From a bacterium (GTDB lineage: Bacteria; UBA8248), in the NCBI GenBank assembly GCA_965221165.1, contig CBDCRP010000003.1, positions 448,001-512,000 of the forward strand: DNA of 64,000 bases, given 5' to 3'. The position numbers and the translations under genes were made by a program. The notes under the pieces were generated by a model. That model searched no databases. It had not been told where the DNA came from and worked only from the letters and a program-made list of their open reading frames with translations. Position 1 is the stretch's first letter, and every line of letters begins with the position of its first letter. Shown here piece by piece: positions 20,602 through 31,236 of this stretch.

Positions 20602-21411
20602 CTAGGTGCCGACAATCAATGTGGATGTTCGATCTCTGAGAAAGGAAAAAGCCGATAGATATGTCAATATACCCGTTCGATAATTTTCAGACGGCACGTT
20701 TTCAATACGGATAAAAGAGCGCCCGAATTCCCCCACCGCTTCGACCTCGTGGATGTTCCGATTGACCGTGGGATCACACACAATCCGTAGTTTCGTCCTG
20801 CGCGGCCCGATGCCCGCGAAGCTTACGGCGGCGGATACGTTCACGTTCGCTGGAAACGCTTTGCACGCTTCCAAGGGATTACCCTCAAAAATCACCGTCG
20901 GCTCATCAATGGCGTCGAGATCAATACCCTGGGTTTCGATATAGGGGGCCCCTTTGAGGCTCTCGGGTGGTTTTCGCGTCGTCATGGTGACGGATTCCAT
21001 GCTGCCGGCCGAGGCCCCCTTGAGACCGTCCAAACCAATAATGGCGCCCGAGGGAACGAAAATGCGGGAACCTCCCCGCTTCGCCTCTTCGATCAAATCA
21101 TCCCGATCGAGAAGAGCGCCCACGGAATTGACGATCACGTCTTTTCCTCGCGCGAAACTCTCATGGCAAATCGCCTCCACGGTATTTCCTCCCGAGGCTT
21201 CCATTACGACGTCTGCTTCTTGCGCCACGCCCGCCAGATCCGTCATGCGCGGCGGATTCTCGAGACCTGCCAGAAAATCTTTTACCTTTTCGAGCGTACG
21301 AGTCGCGGCAACCGGCACATCGACGGGTATTCTCCCTTCATCCACCGCCTTGACCACGGCCTTGCCTATGACGCCCAGACCCACGACCCCGAGTTTCATG
21401 ACGCGCTCCAT
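20602..21411 (-). CDS. nadX: Aspartate dehydrogenase (NadX family)
   Basis: GLGVIG, SVGAL, PSGAIIGLD, TTRKPP, FPANVNVSA, NIHEV. Confidence 0.85.
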   Translation of the reverse strand: MERVMKLGVVGLGVIGKAVVKAVDEGRIPVDVPVAATRTLEKVKDFLAGLENPPRMTDLAGVAQEADVVMEASGGNTVEAICHESFARGKDVIVNSVGALLDRDDLIEEAKRGGSRIFVPSGAIIGLDGLKGASAGSMESVTMTTRKPPESLKGAPYIETQGIDLDAIDEPTVIFEGNPLEACKAFPANVNVSAAVSFAGIGPRRTKLRIVCDPTVNRNIHEVEAVGEFGRSFIRIENVPSENYRTGILTYLSAFSFLRDRTSTLIVGT

Positions 21412-21542
21412 GAGGAAACGGAAGTTATTTCAGTAACTTTACTCGATATACCTCAACCTAAATCGCCAAGGCTCGCAACGCGTTTCATCACGTTGTTGAA
21501 TCCGCATAACTTACAAAATCCATGATGGACTTCCAAAGGCGC

Positions 21543-22625
21543 TCAATCGGGCTCACCGATGCGGCTCCCCAAGCCGAGACGCCAATGATCCGCCAAAACG
21601 AGCGCCATCATCGCCTCGCCGATGGGCACCGCCCTCGTCGCCACGCAGGGGTCGTGCCGTCCCTCCACCTTCACGGTCGTTTTTTCGCCTGAGGTCGTCA
21701 CCGTGTCCTGTTCGAGCAAAATGGAGGAGGTCGGCTTTACGGCGAAGCGAACCACCACCGGCGCGCCCGTGGATATGCCGCCCAAAATTCCGCCCGCGTT
21801 GTTCGTCCTCACCCTCGGCTCTCCGTTTTGCATCTCGAACGGATCGTTGTTCTCGGAACCCCGCATTCCGGCGGCCCGAAAGCCGGAGCCGATTTCCACC
21901 CCTTTCACCGCGTTGATGCTCATCATCGCCGCCGCAAGATCGGAGTCGAGACGCCCATAAAGCGGCTCTCCCCAACCAGGGGGAACGCCATCGGCCTGAA
22001 TGGTGATGGCGCCGCCCACTGAATCGCCCTCCTTGCGGGCCTCGAGAATGGCCGCCTCCATCCGGGACGCCGTTTCCGCATCCGGGCAGCGAACGATGTT
22101 TCGCTCTATCTCGTCCGCATCGAAGCACGCGCCGTCCCAGCGAATCTCTCCTACCTGATCGACGTAGCCCAAAATCGAAATGCCGAGGCGGGCGAGGAGT
22201 TTCTTGGCTATCGCTCCCGCCGCAACGCGCGCGACCGTCTCCCGCGCACTGGAACGCCCCCCGCCCCGGTGGTCCCGAATCCCCCACTTCTGGATGTAGG
22301 TGAAATCCGCGTGTCCCGGGCGAAACAGGTTGCGCAAGGGTTCGTATTTACTCGAATCGGCGTCTTTGTTTCGGATGAGTATCGAGATGGGATGCCCGGT
22401 CGTCTCGCCCTCGAAGACGCCGGACAATATCTCCGCCCGGTCCTCTTCTTTTCTCTGGGTCGTCACCCGGCTCTGGCCCGGCCGCCTGCGATCCAAATCC
22501 CGCTGGAGGTCGGCTTCATCCAGCGGCAGACCCGCCGGACAGCCGTCCACCACGACGCCCAAGGCGGGGCCATGCGACTCCCCCCACGTTGTAAAACGAA
22601 ACAAACGGCCAAACGTGTTCGACAC
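21543..22625 (-). CDS. aroC: Chorismate synthase
   Basis: [27 protein letters not shown]. Confidence 0.97.
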   Translation of the reverse strand: MSNTFGRLFRFTTWGESHGPALGVVVDGCPAGLPLDEADLQRDLDRRRPGQSRVTTQRKEEDRAEILSGVFEGETTGHPISILIRNKDADSSKYEPLRNLFRPGHADFTYIQKWGIRDHRGGGRSSARETVARVAAGAIAKKLLARLGISILGYVDQVGEIRWDGACFDADEIERNIVRCPDAETASRMEAAILEARKEGDSVGGAITIQADGVPPGWGEPLYGRLDSDLAAAMMSINAVKGVEIGSGFRAAGMRGSENNDPFEMQNGEPRVRTNNAGGILGGISTGAPVVVRFAVKPTSSILLEQDTVTTSGEKTTVKVEGRHDPCVATRAVPIGEAMMALVLADHWRLGLGSRIGEPD

Positions 22626-22636
22626 GATTTCCCTCT

Positions 22637-23176
22637 CTACAATTCAGTCTTCGCCAGCTCCGCGAGTATTTCAGGCAGAACCGCCGCGACAACCTCCTCA
22701 GGAGCGCGCGAGTTCTCCACGATCAATTTCGCGAGTTCTTCATAGCGCGGAACGCGCTTTTTGAAAAGCAGACGCAACGCTTCTTCGGGATTCGCCTCGT
22801 TTTCGAGATAGGCGGGCCAGCCATCGGCCCGCACCCTCTCGATGATATCATTCTCCGGCACCTGGAGATAAACCACGCAGTGGGGAGCAAGCAGCAAATC
22901 GACACTATGCGCCATCGGGGTTCCACCGCCCAAGGCGAGAACTTGGCACTCCCGGCCCAATCGTTCGCGCAGCAACTGATTTTCGAGCGCACGGAAGGAT
23001 TCTTCTCCTCTCGTTCTAAAAACCTCGCGAAACCCCAGCCGCTCTCCTGTCTCCTCGAAATGTCTTTGTTCGATCAAATAGTCGAGATCATGAAAAGTAA
23101 ACCCCATTTTTCCGGCGAGTAAATGTCCGATGGTCGACTTACCACATCCCTTGAAACCGATGAGCACGACGCTCAA
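22637..23176 (-). CDS. aroK: Shikimate kinase
   Basis: [10 protein letters not shown]-loop, [16 protein letters not shown]; adjacent to aroC. Confidence 0.88.
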   Translation of the reverse strand: MSVVLIGFKGCGKSTIGHLLAGKMGFTFHDLDYLIEQRHFEETGERLGFREVFRTRGEESFRALENQLLRERLGRECQVLALGGGTPMAHSVDLLLAPHCVVYLQVPENDIIERVRADGWPAYLENEANPEEALRLLFKKRVPRYEELAKLIVENSRAPEEVVAAVLPEILAELAKTEL

Positions 23177-24162
23177 GAGGAACCCTCCATACGAGACTCC
23201 AGTTCCAGATACCGAGATACCTTATCATGCGCCTTTTCCAACATAACCCCGAATTCCTTTTCCAGGGGTTCATACCAGTCAACGCCCTCGAGCTTGCGGA
23301 ACCATGTGCGCTGCCGTTTCGCGTAGTTGCGGTGCAGCCTGGAAATTGCCAGAACCGCCTCATCCTCGGCCATCTGTCCCCTGCGAAACGCGAGGGCTTC
23401 CTGGAATCCAAGACCCTCGAAAACCCGGGCGCCGCTGAGATTCATCTCGGCCAGCATCGCCACCTCATCCAGCATCCCGTTCTCTAGCATCCGCCGCACC
23501 CTGTGCTCGATCAGCTCGGCGAGGACAGATGCCGGATACCTGAGACCAATATACAACGGAGACGTGAACCTGGGCCCTTTTTGCTCGGCCCGCAAGCGTG
23601 AAACTGGCCGCCCCGTCGTTTCATAGACCTCCAGGGCGCGAACCACCCGCCGCAGGTCGTTGGGGTGTAGTTTCGCGGCTGTTTCGGGGTCGACCGCAGC
23701 GAGGCGCTCGTACATGGCCACATGCCCCAGCTTTGAAGCCTCTGCCTCCAATCGACCCCTTATTTCGGGCTGCGCTTCAGGCCCATCGAAAAACCCTTCC
23801 ACCAAAGCGCGGATATATAAACCGCTCCCTCCTACTACGAGCGGGTATGCGCCTCTGCGATGAATATCCGCGATGCAAAGAATCGCCTCATCCGCATAGC
23901 GCACTGCGCTATACGTCTCCCCCAGTTCCGCGACATCCATCATATGGTGCGGCACGCCGCCACGCTCATCCAAACCGGGCTTAGCGGTGCCCACGCCGAT
24001 ACCTCGATAAATCTGCCTGGCGTCGGCGCTGACTATTTCTAGAGACACTCCCTCCTCCCGGAAGCGCCTGGCCAGCGCCACGCCAAAAGCCGTTTTGCCT
24101 GAACACGTGGTTCCCACAACAATGATGATGGGGCGTGGATTTCCAGATGGCTTGCGATTCAT
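23173..24162 (-). CDS. miaA: tRNA dimethylallyltransferase
   Basis: GTTCSGKT, SADARQIY, GTAKP, VGGSGLY, RRVVRALEV, YAKRQRTWFR. Confidence 0.95.
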   Translation of the reverse strand: MNRKPSGNPRPIIIVVGTTCSGKTAFGVALARRFREEGVSLEIVSADARQIYRGIGVGTAKPGLDERGGVPHHMMDVAELGETYSAVRYADEAILCIADIHRRGAYPLVVGGSGLYIRALVEGFFDGPEAQPEIRGRLEAEASKLGHVAMYERLAAVDPETAAKLHPNDLRRVVRALEVYETTGRPVSRLRAEQKGPRFTSPLYIGLRYPASVLAELIEHRVRRMLENGMLDEVAMLAEMNLSGARVFEGLGFQEALAFRRGQMAEDEAVLAISRLHRNYAKRQRTWFRKLEGVDWYEPLEKEFGVMLEKAHDKVSRYLELESRMEGSS

Positions 24163-24278
24163 GGGTTTGGAGCTTCAGGCGGAGGTGAGTTGCTTCGCCA
24201 AAAGATGAAAAATTCTTGGAAGCATCTCATTTCCAGGTCGGGCATGAGAGCGAGCAAAGGGGTCGACTCGCTTCAAAC

Positions 24279-24806
24279 TCAAAGCGCTTCGAGCGCGTCC
24301 TGAAACGCGGCCAAGTCGGCATCCGAAAACAGGACGAACTCTATACGGGTAAGCATACCTGTCGGCGTCTGCAGGTGCGCCATGCTGGCCTCGAGCATAC
24401 GGGAGGCGACCATCTTCACATTCAAGCCACCGACGCCTGTGCCGATGGCTGGAAACGCGATGCTGCTCAGCGAATTCTCCTCGGCCACCTCTAGGCTCGC
24501 CCGGGTGCAGGCTTCCAAGATATCGGGCGAGGTTCGCAGGTCCGTCCCCATACCAGCCGCATGAATCACGTGTCGGGCGGGGAGTTCGCCGCCATCCGTG
24601 ATTACGGCATCCCCGATCCGAATCGGCCCTTTGGATACCGCCTCGTCCTCTATCGCCTCCCCGCCCTTTCTCTTGATGGCGCCCGCCACGCCCGCACCCA
24701 TCCAGAGATGGTTGTTTGCCGCGTTCACTATGGCATCCACATCGGATTCGGTGATGTCGCCCTGCCGAAGAACCACGCATCCACGACCGACGCGCTTTTC
24801 ATTCAT
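24279..24806 (-). CDS. Macro domain protein (O-acetyl-ADP-ribose deacetylase-like)
   Basis: GDIT..VDAIVNAAN, GAGVAGAI, VIHA, AFPAIGTG. Confidence 0.92.
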   Translation of the reverse strand: MNEKRVGRGCVVLRQGDITESDVDAIVNAANNHLWMGAGVAGAIKRKGGEAIEDEAVSKGPIRIGDAVITDGGELPARHVIHAAGMGTDLRTSPDILEACTRASLEVAEENSLSSIAFPAIGTGVGGLNVKMVASRMLEASMAHLQTPTGMLTRIEFVLFSDADLAAFQDALEAL

Positions 24807-24866
24807 GAGAAAAAGTTCCGATTGGGCGGGATTGTCCCGGGGGACGCGCTACCTGAAAACGCTTTA

Positions 24867-25259
24867 TTAGAAGAGGGAATCATCCTCCGACGATTCCCCA
24901 TACGCATCTGAATCAGTCGGCGCGGAAGCGCCACTACCTGAGGGATCGGGCACTCCCCCATCATCCCCGAAAGAAGCGGGTCCGAAGTGATCGACCATCT
25001 GCCTTAATTCTTTCCCCGCCTTGAAGAAAGGCACCTTCTTGGGCGGAATCGCCACCGCCTCACCCGTTCTCGGGTTTCGGCCGTCACGACTGTTGCGCGA
25101 ACGAACGCGGAAACTCCCGAAACCACGCAACTCCACCTTATCGCCTTGCGACAAGGCGCCCATGATGCTCCCGAAAACGATATTCACAACGCGCTCGGTG
25201 TCTTTTTTCGTGAGATTGATTTTCTCAGCTATCTGCTCAACCAACTCGGCCTTAGTCAT
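24867..25259 (-). CDS. ihfB: Integration host factor beta/HU family protein with acidic C-terminal tail
   Basis: MTKAEL, VELRGFGSF, GRNPRTGE, PFFKAGKELR; conserved position after rpsA. Confidence 0.88.
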   Translation of the reverse strand: MTKAELVEQIAEKINLTKKDTERVVNIVFGSIMGALSQGDKVELRGFGSFRVRSRNSRDGRNPRTGEAVAIPPKKVPFFKAGKELRQMVDHFGPASFGDDGGVPDPSGSGASAPTDSDAYGESSEDDSLF

Positions 25260-25621
25260 GAGAATCATCATCCTCCCTAGGAGCGCGATGGATACATTCG
25301 CGTTTCGGGGAATTCAAGTTTCTGACTTTTAGATTTGGCTCTACTCCAAGTGTAGTCAGTGAATCAAACGAGAAAACATACGCGTCATGTTTCATAGCCG
25401 TTACTACTTCGCGCCACCCCCACGGTGCGGGCGATCTTCTAAATCCCCGCCTCGGATGCCAAACATTCATGGCATACCCGACAAAAAATGCGGGAACAGC
25501 ACATACAAAAGAGAGTAAATCCGCACCTCCTCGCCCACCGTTCAAACGACGAGGCGTCTCGCAATCCTGAATACCACACAATTTATCGGATGGGCTTCAT
25601 ACCATCCAGTCGTTATTCCGC

Positions 25622-27424
25622 TTACTCATCCGCCTCGGGCGCAGCCTCCGCAACAACTTCCGCCTCTTGTTCGTCCTCTACCTCTTCTACTACCTCGTCC
25701 GAGGGCGCGCTTTCTTCTTCGATCGGCTCTAGGGGCTGAGGCGCCCGGCTGATGAGTGGATCCTCACCGGTAGACTCCACATAAGCGCGGATGCTCAAAC
25801 CCAGCCTTCTTTGTTCCCGATCGATTTTGATGACGCGCATTTTAAACACGTCGCCCACATGCACCACATCCTCGGGCTCTTTCACCTTATCCGAATCCAA
25901 TTCGGAGATGTGGACCAGCCCCTCCAAATCTTCCTCAGGAGCCGCGAATACACCGAAGTTCGTAATTTTCGTGATTTTGGCCTCGATATCATCATCCTTC
26001 GCGTAGCGGTCATTGATGTCGTCCCAGGGATCCGGGGTGATTTGCTTCATCCCAAGAGAGAGACGCTCCTTCTCTACATCCACGCTCAAGACTACAGCCT
26101 CGATCTCCTGGCCCTTGCGCAGGATTTCAGAGGGGTGTTTGAAGCGCTGGGTCCAGGAAATGTCCGAAATATGGATGAGGCCGTCGATGCCCTCATCCAG
26201 GGCCACAAAGGCGCCGAATTCCGTCAAATTGCGGATGCTGCCCGTCACGCGCATCCCCACGGGGTATTTCTCCTCCACCGTAGTCCACGGGTTGGCCTCC
26301 ACCTGCTTCATACCTAGGGAGATTCTGCGGCCCTCTTTATCCAAATTCAAAACGACGGCTTCCACCACATCGCCCACCGCAACGAATTTCGAGGGATGGC
26401 GAACGCGCCTCGTCCAGGACATTTCAGATACATGCACCAAGCCTTCCACTCCCTGTTCGAGTTCAACGAAAGCGCCGTAGTCGGTGATGGAGACGACACG
26501 GCCCCGAACCTTGCCAGTCATGGGGTATTTGATTTCGACATTCTCCCAAGGGTCCGGGGTGATTTGCTTGTGCCCCAAGGAGACGCGCTCGCGCTCCTTG
26601 TCGTACTTGAGCACGATGACCTTGACACTGTCTCCGATGGAGAGAAGCTCGCTCGGGTGGCTCACCCGTCCCCAGGACATATCCGTGATATGAAGCAAGC
26701 CGTCTATTCCGCCGAGGTCGATGAACGCTCCGTAGTCGGTGATGTTCTTGACGATGCCTACCTTCTCCATGCCTTCCGTGAGGTTCGCGAGCGTCTCGCG
26801 CTTGAGTTCCGCTCTTTCATCCTCAAGCAGCACGCGCCTGGAGAGAACGATGTTCCCGCGCTTTCTGTTGAGCTTGATGATCTTCATGTCAAAAGATTTG
26901 CCAATAAACTGATCGAGGTTCCTCACCGGCCTCAAATCGACCTGGGAACCCGGCAAAAAGGCCTTGAGTCCGATGTCGACCGTAAGGCCCCCCTTGATGC
27001 GGGCGACGACCTCGCCCTGGATAATCTCGTCGTTGTCATGAGCTTTACTAATCTCGTCCCATATCTTGATTCGGTTGGCTTTCTCTTTCGAGAGCACGAT
27101 GAGACCATCGTCATCCTCACGCTCTTCGACAAAAACCTCCACCCTGTCTCCAGGCTTAAGATCCCGCCCGCGGCTCGGAAATTCAAAACGTGGCACCAAA
27201 CCCTCTGATTTATAACCTACATCCACGAGCACATATTCACCTTCCATCCCCACAACCGTTCCTTCGATGATTTCTCCATCCTGCACCAGCATAGTGGAGG
27301 CGTATAAATCATCCATTTGCTCAGGGGAAAGAGTGTCAGGATCCACTTCATCCGGGAGCAATTCGGCCACTTTCGATGAGAAGGCGGGCTGAGCCTCGGA
27401 TTCGTTAGAGGAAGTTTCGTTCAT
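25622..27424 (-). CDS. rpsA: 30S ribosomal protein S1
   Basis: Six S1 repeats (DVGYKSEG, AFLPGSQVD, DYGAFIDLGGIDGLLHITD, EGLVHVSEMSW, etc.). Confidence 0.97.
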   Translation of the reverse strand: MNETSSNESEAQPAFSSKVAELLPDEVDPDTLSPEQMDDLYASTMLVQDGEIIEGTVVGMEGEYVLVDVGYKSEGLVPRFEFPSRGRDLKPGDRVEVFVEEREDDDGLIVLSKEKANRIKIWDEISKAHDNDEIIQGEVVARIKGGLTVDIGLKAFLPGSQVDLRPVRNLDQFIGKSFDMKIIKLNRKRGNIVLSRRVLLEDERAELKRETLANLTEGMEKVGIVKNITDYGAFIDLGGIDGLLHITDMSWGRVSHPSELLSIGDSVKVIVLKYDKERERVSLGHKQITPDPWENVEIKYPMTGKVRGRVVSITDYGAFVELEQGVEGLVHVSEMSWTRRVRHPSKFVAVGDVVEAVVLNLDKEGRRISLGMKQVEANPWTTVEEKYPVGMRVTGSIRNLTEFGAFVALDEGIDGLIHISDISWTQRFKHPSEILRKGQEIEAVVLSVDVEKERLSLGMKQITPDPWDDINDRYAKDDDIEAKITKITNFGVFAAPEEDLEGLVHISELDSDKVKEPEDVVHVGDVFKMRVIKIDREQRRLGLSIRAYVESTGEDPLISRAPQPLEPIEEESAPSDEVVEEVEDEQEAEVVAEAAPEADE

Positions 27425-27523
27425 CTGTTTGCGTTACCTCGTTTTGAGAAAAGAAAATTGCCGTCACGGCTCAAGCGTCCATCGCTATCGCAGTCACTGG
27501 CATGAAATTGGTGGAAAAAAATC

Positions 27524-27552
27524 ATACTACACCCGAGAAAGGAGAGAATCAA
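27524..27552 (-). promoter_or_regulatory. Candidate sigma-70 promoter for rpsA
   Basis: TTGATT-N17-TAGTAT. Confidence 0.4.
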
Positions 27553-27560
27553 CTCGCAAC

Positions 27561-28298
27561 TCAAGCATCCTCAATGGCTTCCCCGTAAACCAAGCGGATT
27601 TTCTCTAACATGAGCTCAAGCACCTGATCAACGCCCATATCGCTTGTTTGGATATCCACGGCGTCCTCGGCCCTGCGCAGCGGTGCGCTCGCCCTGTGGC
27701 GATCTCTCTCGTCCCTGCGCTTCAAGTCTTCGCGCAGATGATCGGGGTGAAAGGAGACTCCCCTCGCCTTGAGTTCGGCGAAGCGCCGCTGGATACGCAC
27801 CTCGATGTCCGCGTCGAGAAAAAACTTAAGCCTGACTTCCGGGAAAACGACCGTGCCTATGTCGCGCCCATCAATGACAGCCCCGCGCTCTCGTCCAAAA
27901 TTCCTTTGAAAATCGAGCAGCACAGCCCGCACTTCAGGCATCGCCGACACTCGCGACGCCATATCGCTTATCTCTTCGTCGCGGAGAGCATCGGTAACGT
28001 CTTCTCCATCCAGAATGTTCTTCCAGCCACTCCCCTCTTTCCGGCACTCGAAACGCAAATCACGCGCGGAGGCGATGGCCCGGCCCTCGAAATCACTTTC
28101 TCGATTTTTCTTCAAAACCTGATAGCCTACCGCCCGGTAGAGCGCCCCACTCTCGAGGTAGTCGAAACCCAACCTCTCCGCGATCCCTTTGGCCGCCGTG
28201 CTCTTGCCCGAACCAGCCGGGCCATCGATGGGAATGACGATGCCGGCTGATTTTCGGCGCGATTTCTCTCTCAAGCCCACCCCTTTTTCCGCGCCCAT
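27561..28298 (-). CDS. cmk: Cytidylate kinase
   Basis: IDGPAGSGKST, SGALYRA, DGRDIGTVVFP, RDERD..R..APL; start uncertain. Confidence 0.95.
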   Translation of the reverse strand: MGAEKGVGLREKSRRKSAGIVIPIDGPAGSGKSTAAKGIAERLGFDYLESGALYRAVGYQVLKKNRESDFEGRAIASARDLRFECRKEGSGWKNILDGEDVTDALRDEEISDMASRVSAMPEVRAVLLDFQRNFGRERGAVIDGRDIGTVVFPEVRLKFFLDADIEVRIQRRFAELKARGVSFHPDHLREDLKRRDERDRHRASAPLRRAEDAVDIQTSDMGVDQVLELMLEKIRLVYGEAIEDA

Positions 28299-29131
28299 TC
28301 ATCCCGGCCGTCTTTGGCCCTCAAAAACGCGCGTTCGAGCGCCTTGGAATCCGAGTCTTCCAGCAAACGGCGAAGCCCCGCCAATTCTCTCTCGAACCTG
28401 TCAAGCGCGCCCAGCAGCGCCTCCTGGTTGTCCTCACAGATTTCGCGCCACATTTCCGCTCCTGAGGATGCGATTCGCGAAAAGTCCCGAAACCCGCTGG
28501 CCGCATGCCGGAGCGCCTCGCCCTCAAGGGCTGTGTTCATCATGGCGTAGGCCACCAGATGCGGGAGATGGCTGATGTCGGCCATCACTCGATCGTGGGT
28601 TTCAGGGTCGAGAATCTCGACGTTTGCGCCCACTCCCTCCCAAAGCGCGCGCAGGCGTTCGATGGTTCCGGGATCCGTTCTCGCCGTTGGCGTCAAGATG
28701 GTCTGGTATGCATCGAAGAGAGAGGAAAAACTCGCCTCCACGCCGGATTTCTCGCCTCCGGCGACGGGATGGCTCGCCAGGAATTTCACATCCCCTAAAT
28801 CCAGCGCCTCCACCGCCCGCACGTAGGGCGCCTTTACGCTGCCCACGTCGGTCAATAGGGCCCCGGGAGCCATCTCGGGCAAGATCGCCTCCGTCACCCG
28901 CACCGCCGCACGCACCGGGGTGCACACCACAACCAGATCCGAATCGCGCACCGCCTCCAGGTGGTTCGTCTCAATGCGATCCACAACGCCCAGTTCAAGC
29001 GCACGCTCGAGGTTGCCCAGGCTCCTGCCCGCGCCGACGAATCTCGAAACGAGACATCTCTCCCGGGAGGCTCTGGCCAGAGACCCGCCGATGAGTCCTA
29101 CGCCGATGATCGTCATCTGCTCGAAAAGCAC
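28271..29131 (-). CDS. tyrA: Prephenate/arogenate dehydrogenase
   Basis: GVGLIGGS, TDVGSVK, HPVAGGE.SG, HD..A.ISHLPH, GFRDFSRIASS. Confidence 0.93.
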   Translation of the reverse strand: MLFEQMTIIGVGLIGGSLARASRERCLVSRFVGAGRSLGNLERALELGVVDRIETNHLEAVRDSDLVVVCTPVRAAVRVTEAILPEMAPGALLTDVGSVKAPYVRAVEALDLGDVKFLASHPVAGGEKSGVEASFSSLFDAYQTILTPTARTDPGTIERLRALWEGVGANVEILDPETHDRVMADISHLPHLVAYAMMNTALEGEALRHAASGFRDFSRIASSGAEMWREICEDNQEALLGALDRFERELAGLRRLLEDSDSKALERAFLRAKDGRDEWARKKGWA

Positions 29132-29200
29132 CCTGACATCCTTTTCATTATTCTATAAAATACATTAAATAATATATGTATCTAGTTGTTATAATTATAT

Positions 29201-30283
29201 TTATAAAATTTTTGACAACGCAGATAGAACCTGCTCGTTCTCCTGCGGCGTGCCGATGGAAATTCGCAAATGGCGCGGAAAGCCGTATCCCGCCACGGGC
29301 CTGACGATGACGCCCTCCCTGAGCAATTCTTCGTATACCTGCATCGCTTCGCCCACCTCGACCATCATGAAATTCCCCTGCGTGGGCACGAAGGGGAGGC
29401 CCATAGCCGATAGTTCATACACGAAATACTCCCGGCCCTCGGCGTTCACCGCTACCGTCCGCTCGACGTGCTCGACATCTCCGAGAGCGGCTTGAGCGGC
29501 CACGAGGGCCAGGGAATTCACATTAAACGGCTCGCGGACGCTCTCCATCGCCTGCGCGACTTCCTCATCCGCCACGGCGTAGCCGACGCGCAGGCCAGCC
29601 AGGCCATAAACCTTCGAGAAGGTGCGCATGGCGACGAGATTCGAGAATTCGGCCAGCATCCGCGCGGCGTCGGGATAATCCTCCAAATGCGCATAGTGGC
29701 AGTAGGCCTCGTCCATCACCACGAGTGTGGTCTGCGGAATTTTTCCCAGAAATTCGCGGAGTTTCCTCTCGCCAACCGCCGTTCCCGTGGGGTTGTTGGG
29801 ATTCGCAAGGAAGACGATTTTCGTCTTTTCGCAAACCAGGTCCGCCATGGCGTCTAGGTCCTGGTGATAATCGCGCATCGGCGCGCGCCTGATCTCGCAA
29901 GAACTGAGTTGAGAGACGATGTGGTAGACGATAAAGGCGCCCTCGGAAAAAACGACGGGGTCGCCAGGGTCCAGGTACGCATGAGCCAGAATCTCCAACA
30001 CCTCGTTCGTTCCGTTGCCGAGGACGAAATTTCCAGGCTGCAACCCATGATGTTCGGCCAGCGCGTTTTTGAGATAAAAACCCCCGCCGTCGGGATAGCG
30101 GTGCAATTCCTCGATGGCGTGGTTCACGGCGTCCACCGCCTTGGGCGACGGCCCCAGAGGATTCTCGTTCGAGGCCACCTTGATGGAACCGGCGATGCCG
30201 AGTTCGCGTTCGAGCTCTTCGACCGGCTTTCCCGGCTGGTAGACGATGATGTCCGAAACGGGCTGCGCCCTTTGATATTTCAT
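29201..30283 (-). CDS. hisC: Histidinol-phosphate aminotransferase
   Basis: YQPGKP, ASNENPLG, ANPNNPTG, DEAY, RTFSKVYGLAGLRVGY. Confidence 0.95.
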   Translation of the reverse strand: MKYQRAQPVSDIIVYQPGKPVEELERELGIAGSIKVASNENPLGPSPKAVDAVNHAIEELHRYPDGGGFYLKNALAEHHGLQPGNFVLGNGTNEVLEILAHAYLDPGDPVVFSEGAFIVYHIVSQLSSCEIRRAPMRDYHQDLDAMADLVCEKTKIVFLANPNNPTGTAVGERKLREFLGKIPQTTLVVMDEAYCHYAHLEDYPDAARMLAEFSNLVAMRTFSKVYGLAGLRVGYAVADEEVAQAMESVREPFNVNSLALVAAQAALGDVEHVERTVAVNAEGREYFVYELSAMGLPFVPTQGNFMMVEVGEAMQVYEELLREGVIVRPVAGYGFPRHLRISIGTPQENEQVLSALSKIL

Positions 30284-30369
30284 CCCCTCTCCTCATGAGC
30301 AAAAGGCGCAAGATGCCTGTAGGTCTTCAAAATCACCCAAGTCCAACAATATCAATTTCTTGCGCGCTA

Positions 30370-31191
30370 TTATTCCAGCACGGGATAAGAACCCAGCACG
30401 CGAATAAAGTCCACCCGATTTTTCAGTCCCAGAATCCCTTGCGCAATTTCCGGATCCAACTCGTGGCCATCAATTTCCATATAGAAAACATATTCCCACG
30501 CTGCTTTTCTCGAAGGGCGGGATTCGATTTTCGTCATGTTCAGCTTTCGCTCGGCAATCGGCTCAAGCGCTTTATGGAGTGCGCCCGATTCGTTCGGCAG
30601 ACCGAAGAGCAGGCTCGTCTTCGAATACACCCCGCGTTCGGGCTTCTCGGTTCCGATGACGAAAAAGCGCGTCACGTTGATGCTCTCTGAATCCAGCTTT
30701 TCCTCCAAAATCTTCAGGCCATAGTGGTCGGCCGCCAGCCGGCTGCCCAAGGCCGCGAGCCGCGAGTCCCCCACCGCCATCTTCGCCGCCAGCGAGGTGC
30801 TCAACACCTCTTCCGTCTTGACGCCCGAGGCATTTTCCCGAAGCCAGCGCCGGCACTGAGCCACTGCGTGGGGATGGCTGAGAATGCGCTCAAGCTCCCG
30901 GATCGACCCTGCGTTCGTGAGCAGGTGGATGTCGATAGGCAGCCGGATTTCGCCCTCCACCAGCAAAGGGGATTCCAGCAGCCTGTCCAGAGTAATGTTG
31001 ACCGTACCCTCGATCGCATTCTCTATCGGCACTACGCCCCACCGGGAGCGACGACCTTCCACCTCATCGAAAACGGCATCGATACTCGGCTCGGGCGTGA
31101 GGGTGGCTCCATCACCAAAGCGCAGTATCGCAGCTTCGTGCGTGAAGGTAGCCTCCGGCCCCAGATAGCTGACTCTCGGCAGTTCGCTCAT
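30370..31191 (-). CDS. pheA: Prephenate dehydratase (PDT plus ACT domain, no chorismate mutase domain)
   Basis: YLGPEATFT, VPIENAIEG, SHPHAVAQC, NVTRF, NMTKIESRPS; the ORF is open from 31221. Confidence 0.92.
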   Translation of the reverse strand: MSELPRVSYLGPEATFTHEAAILRFGDGATLTPEPSIDAVFDEVEGRRSRWGVVPIENAIEGTVNITLDRLLESPLLVEGEIRLPIDIHLLTNAGSIRELERILSHPHAVAQCRRWLRENASGVKTEEVLSTSLAAKMAVGDSRLAALGSRLAADHYGLKILEEKLDSESINVTRFFVIGTEKPERGVYSKTSLLFGLPNESGALHKALEPIAERKLNMTKIESRPSRKAAWEYVFYMEIDGHELDPEIAQGILGLKNRVDFIRVLGSYPVLE

Positions 31192-31236
31192 AACCAACAC
31201 CCCGCTTTCCAGAATGTCCACTCCAAGAACCGGGCT

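Noticed and set aside
25272-25621. ncRNA or small gene between rpsA and ihfB
   Set aside because: Only weak hairpins and an unconvincing ORF.
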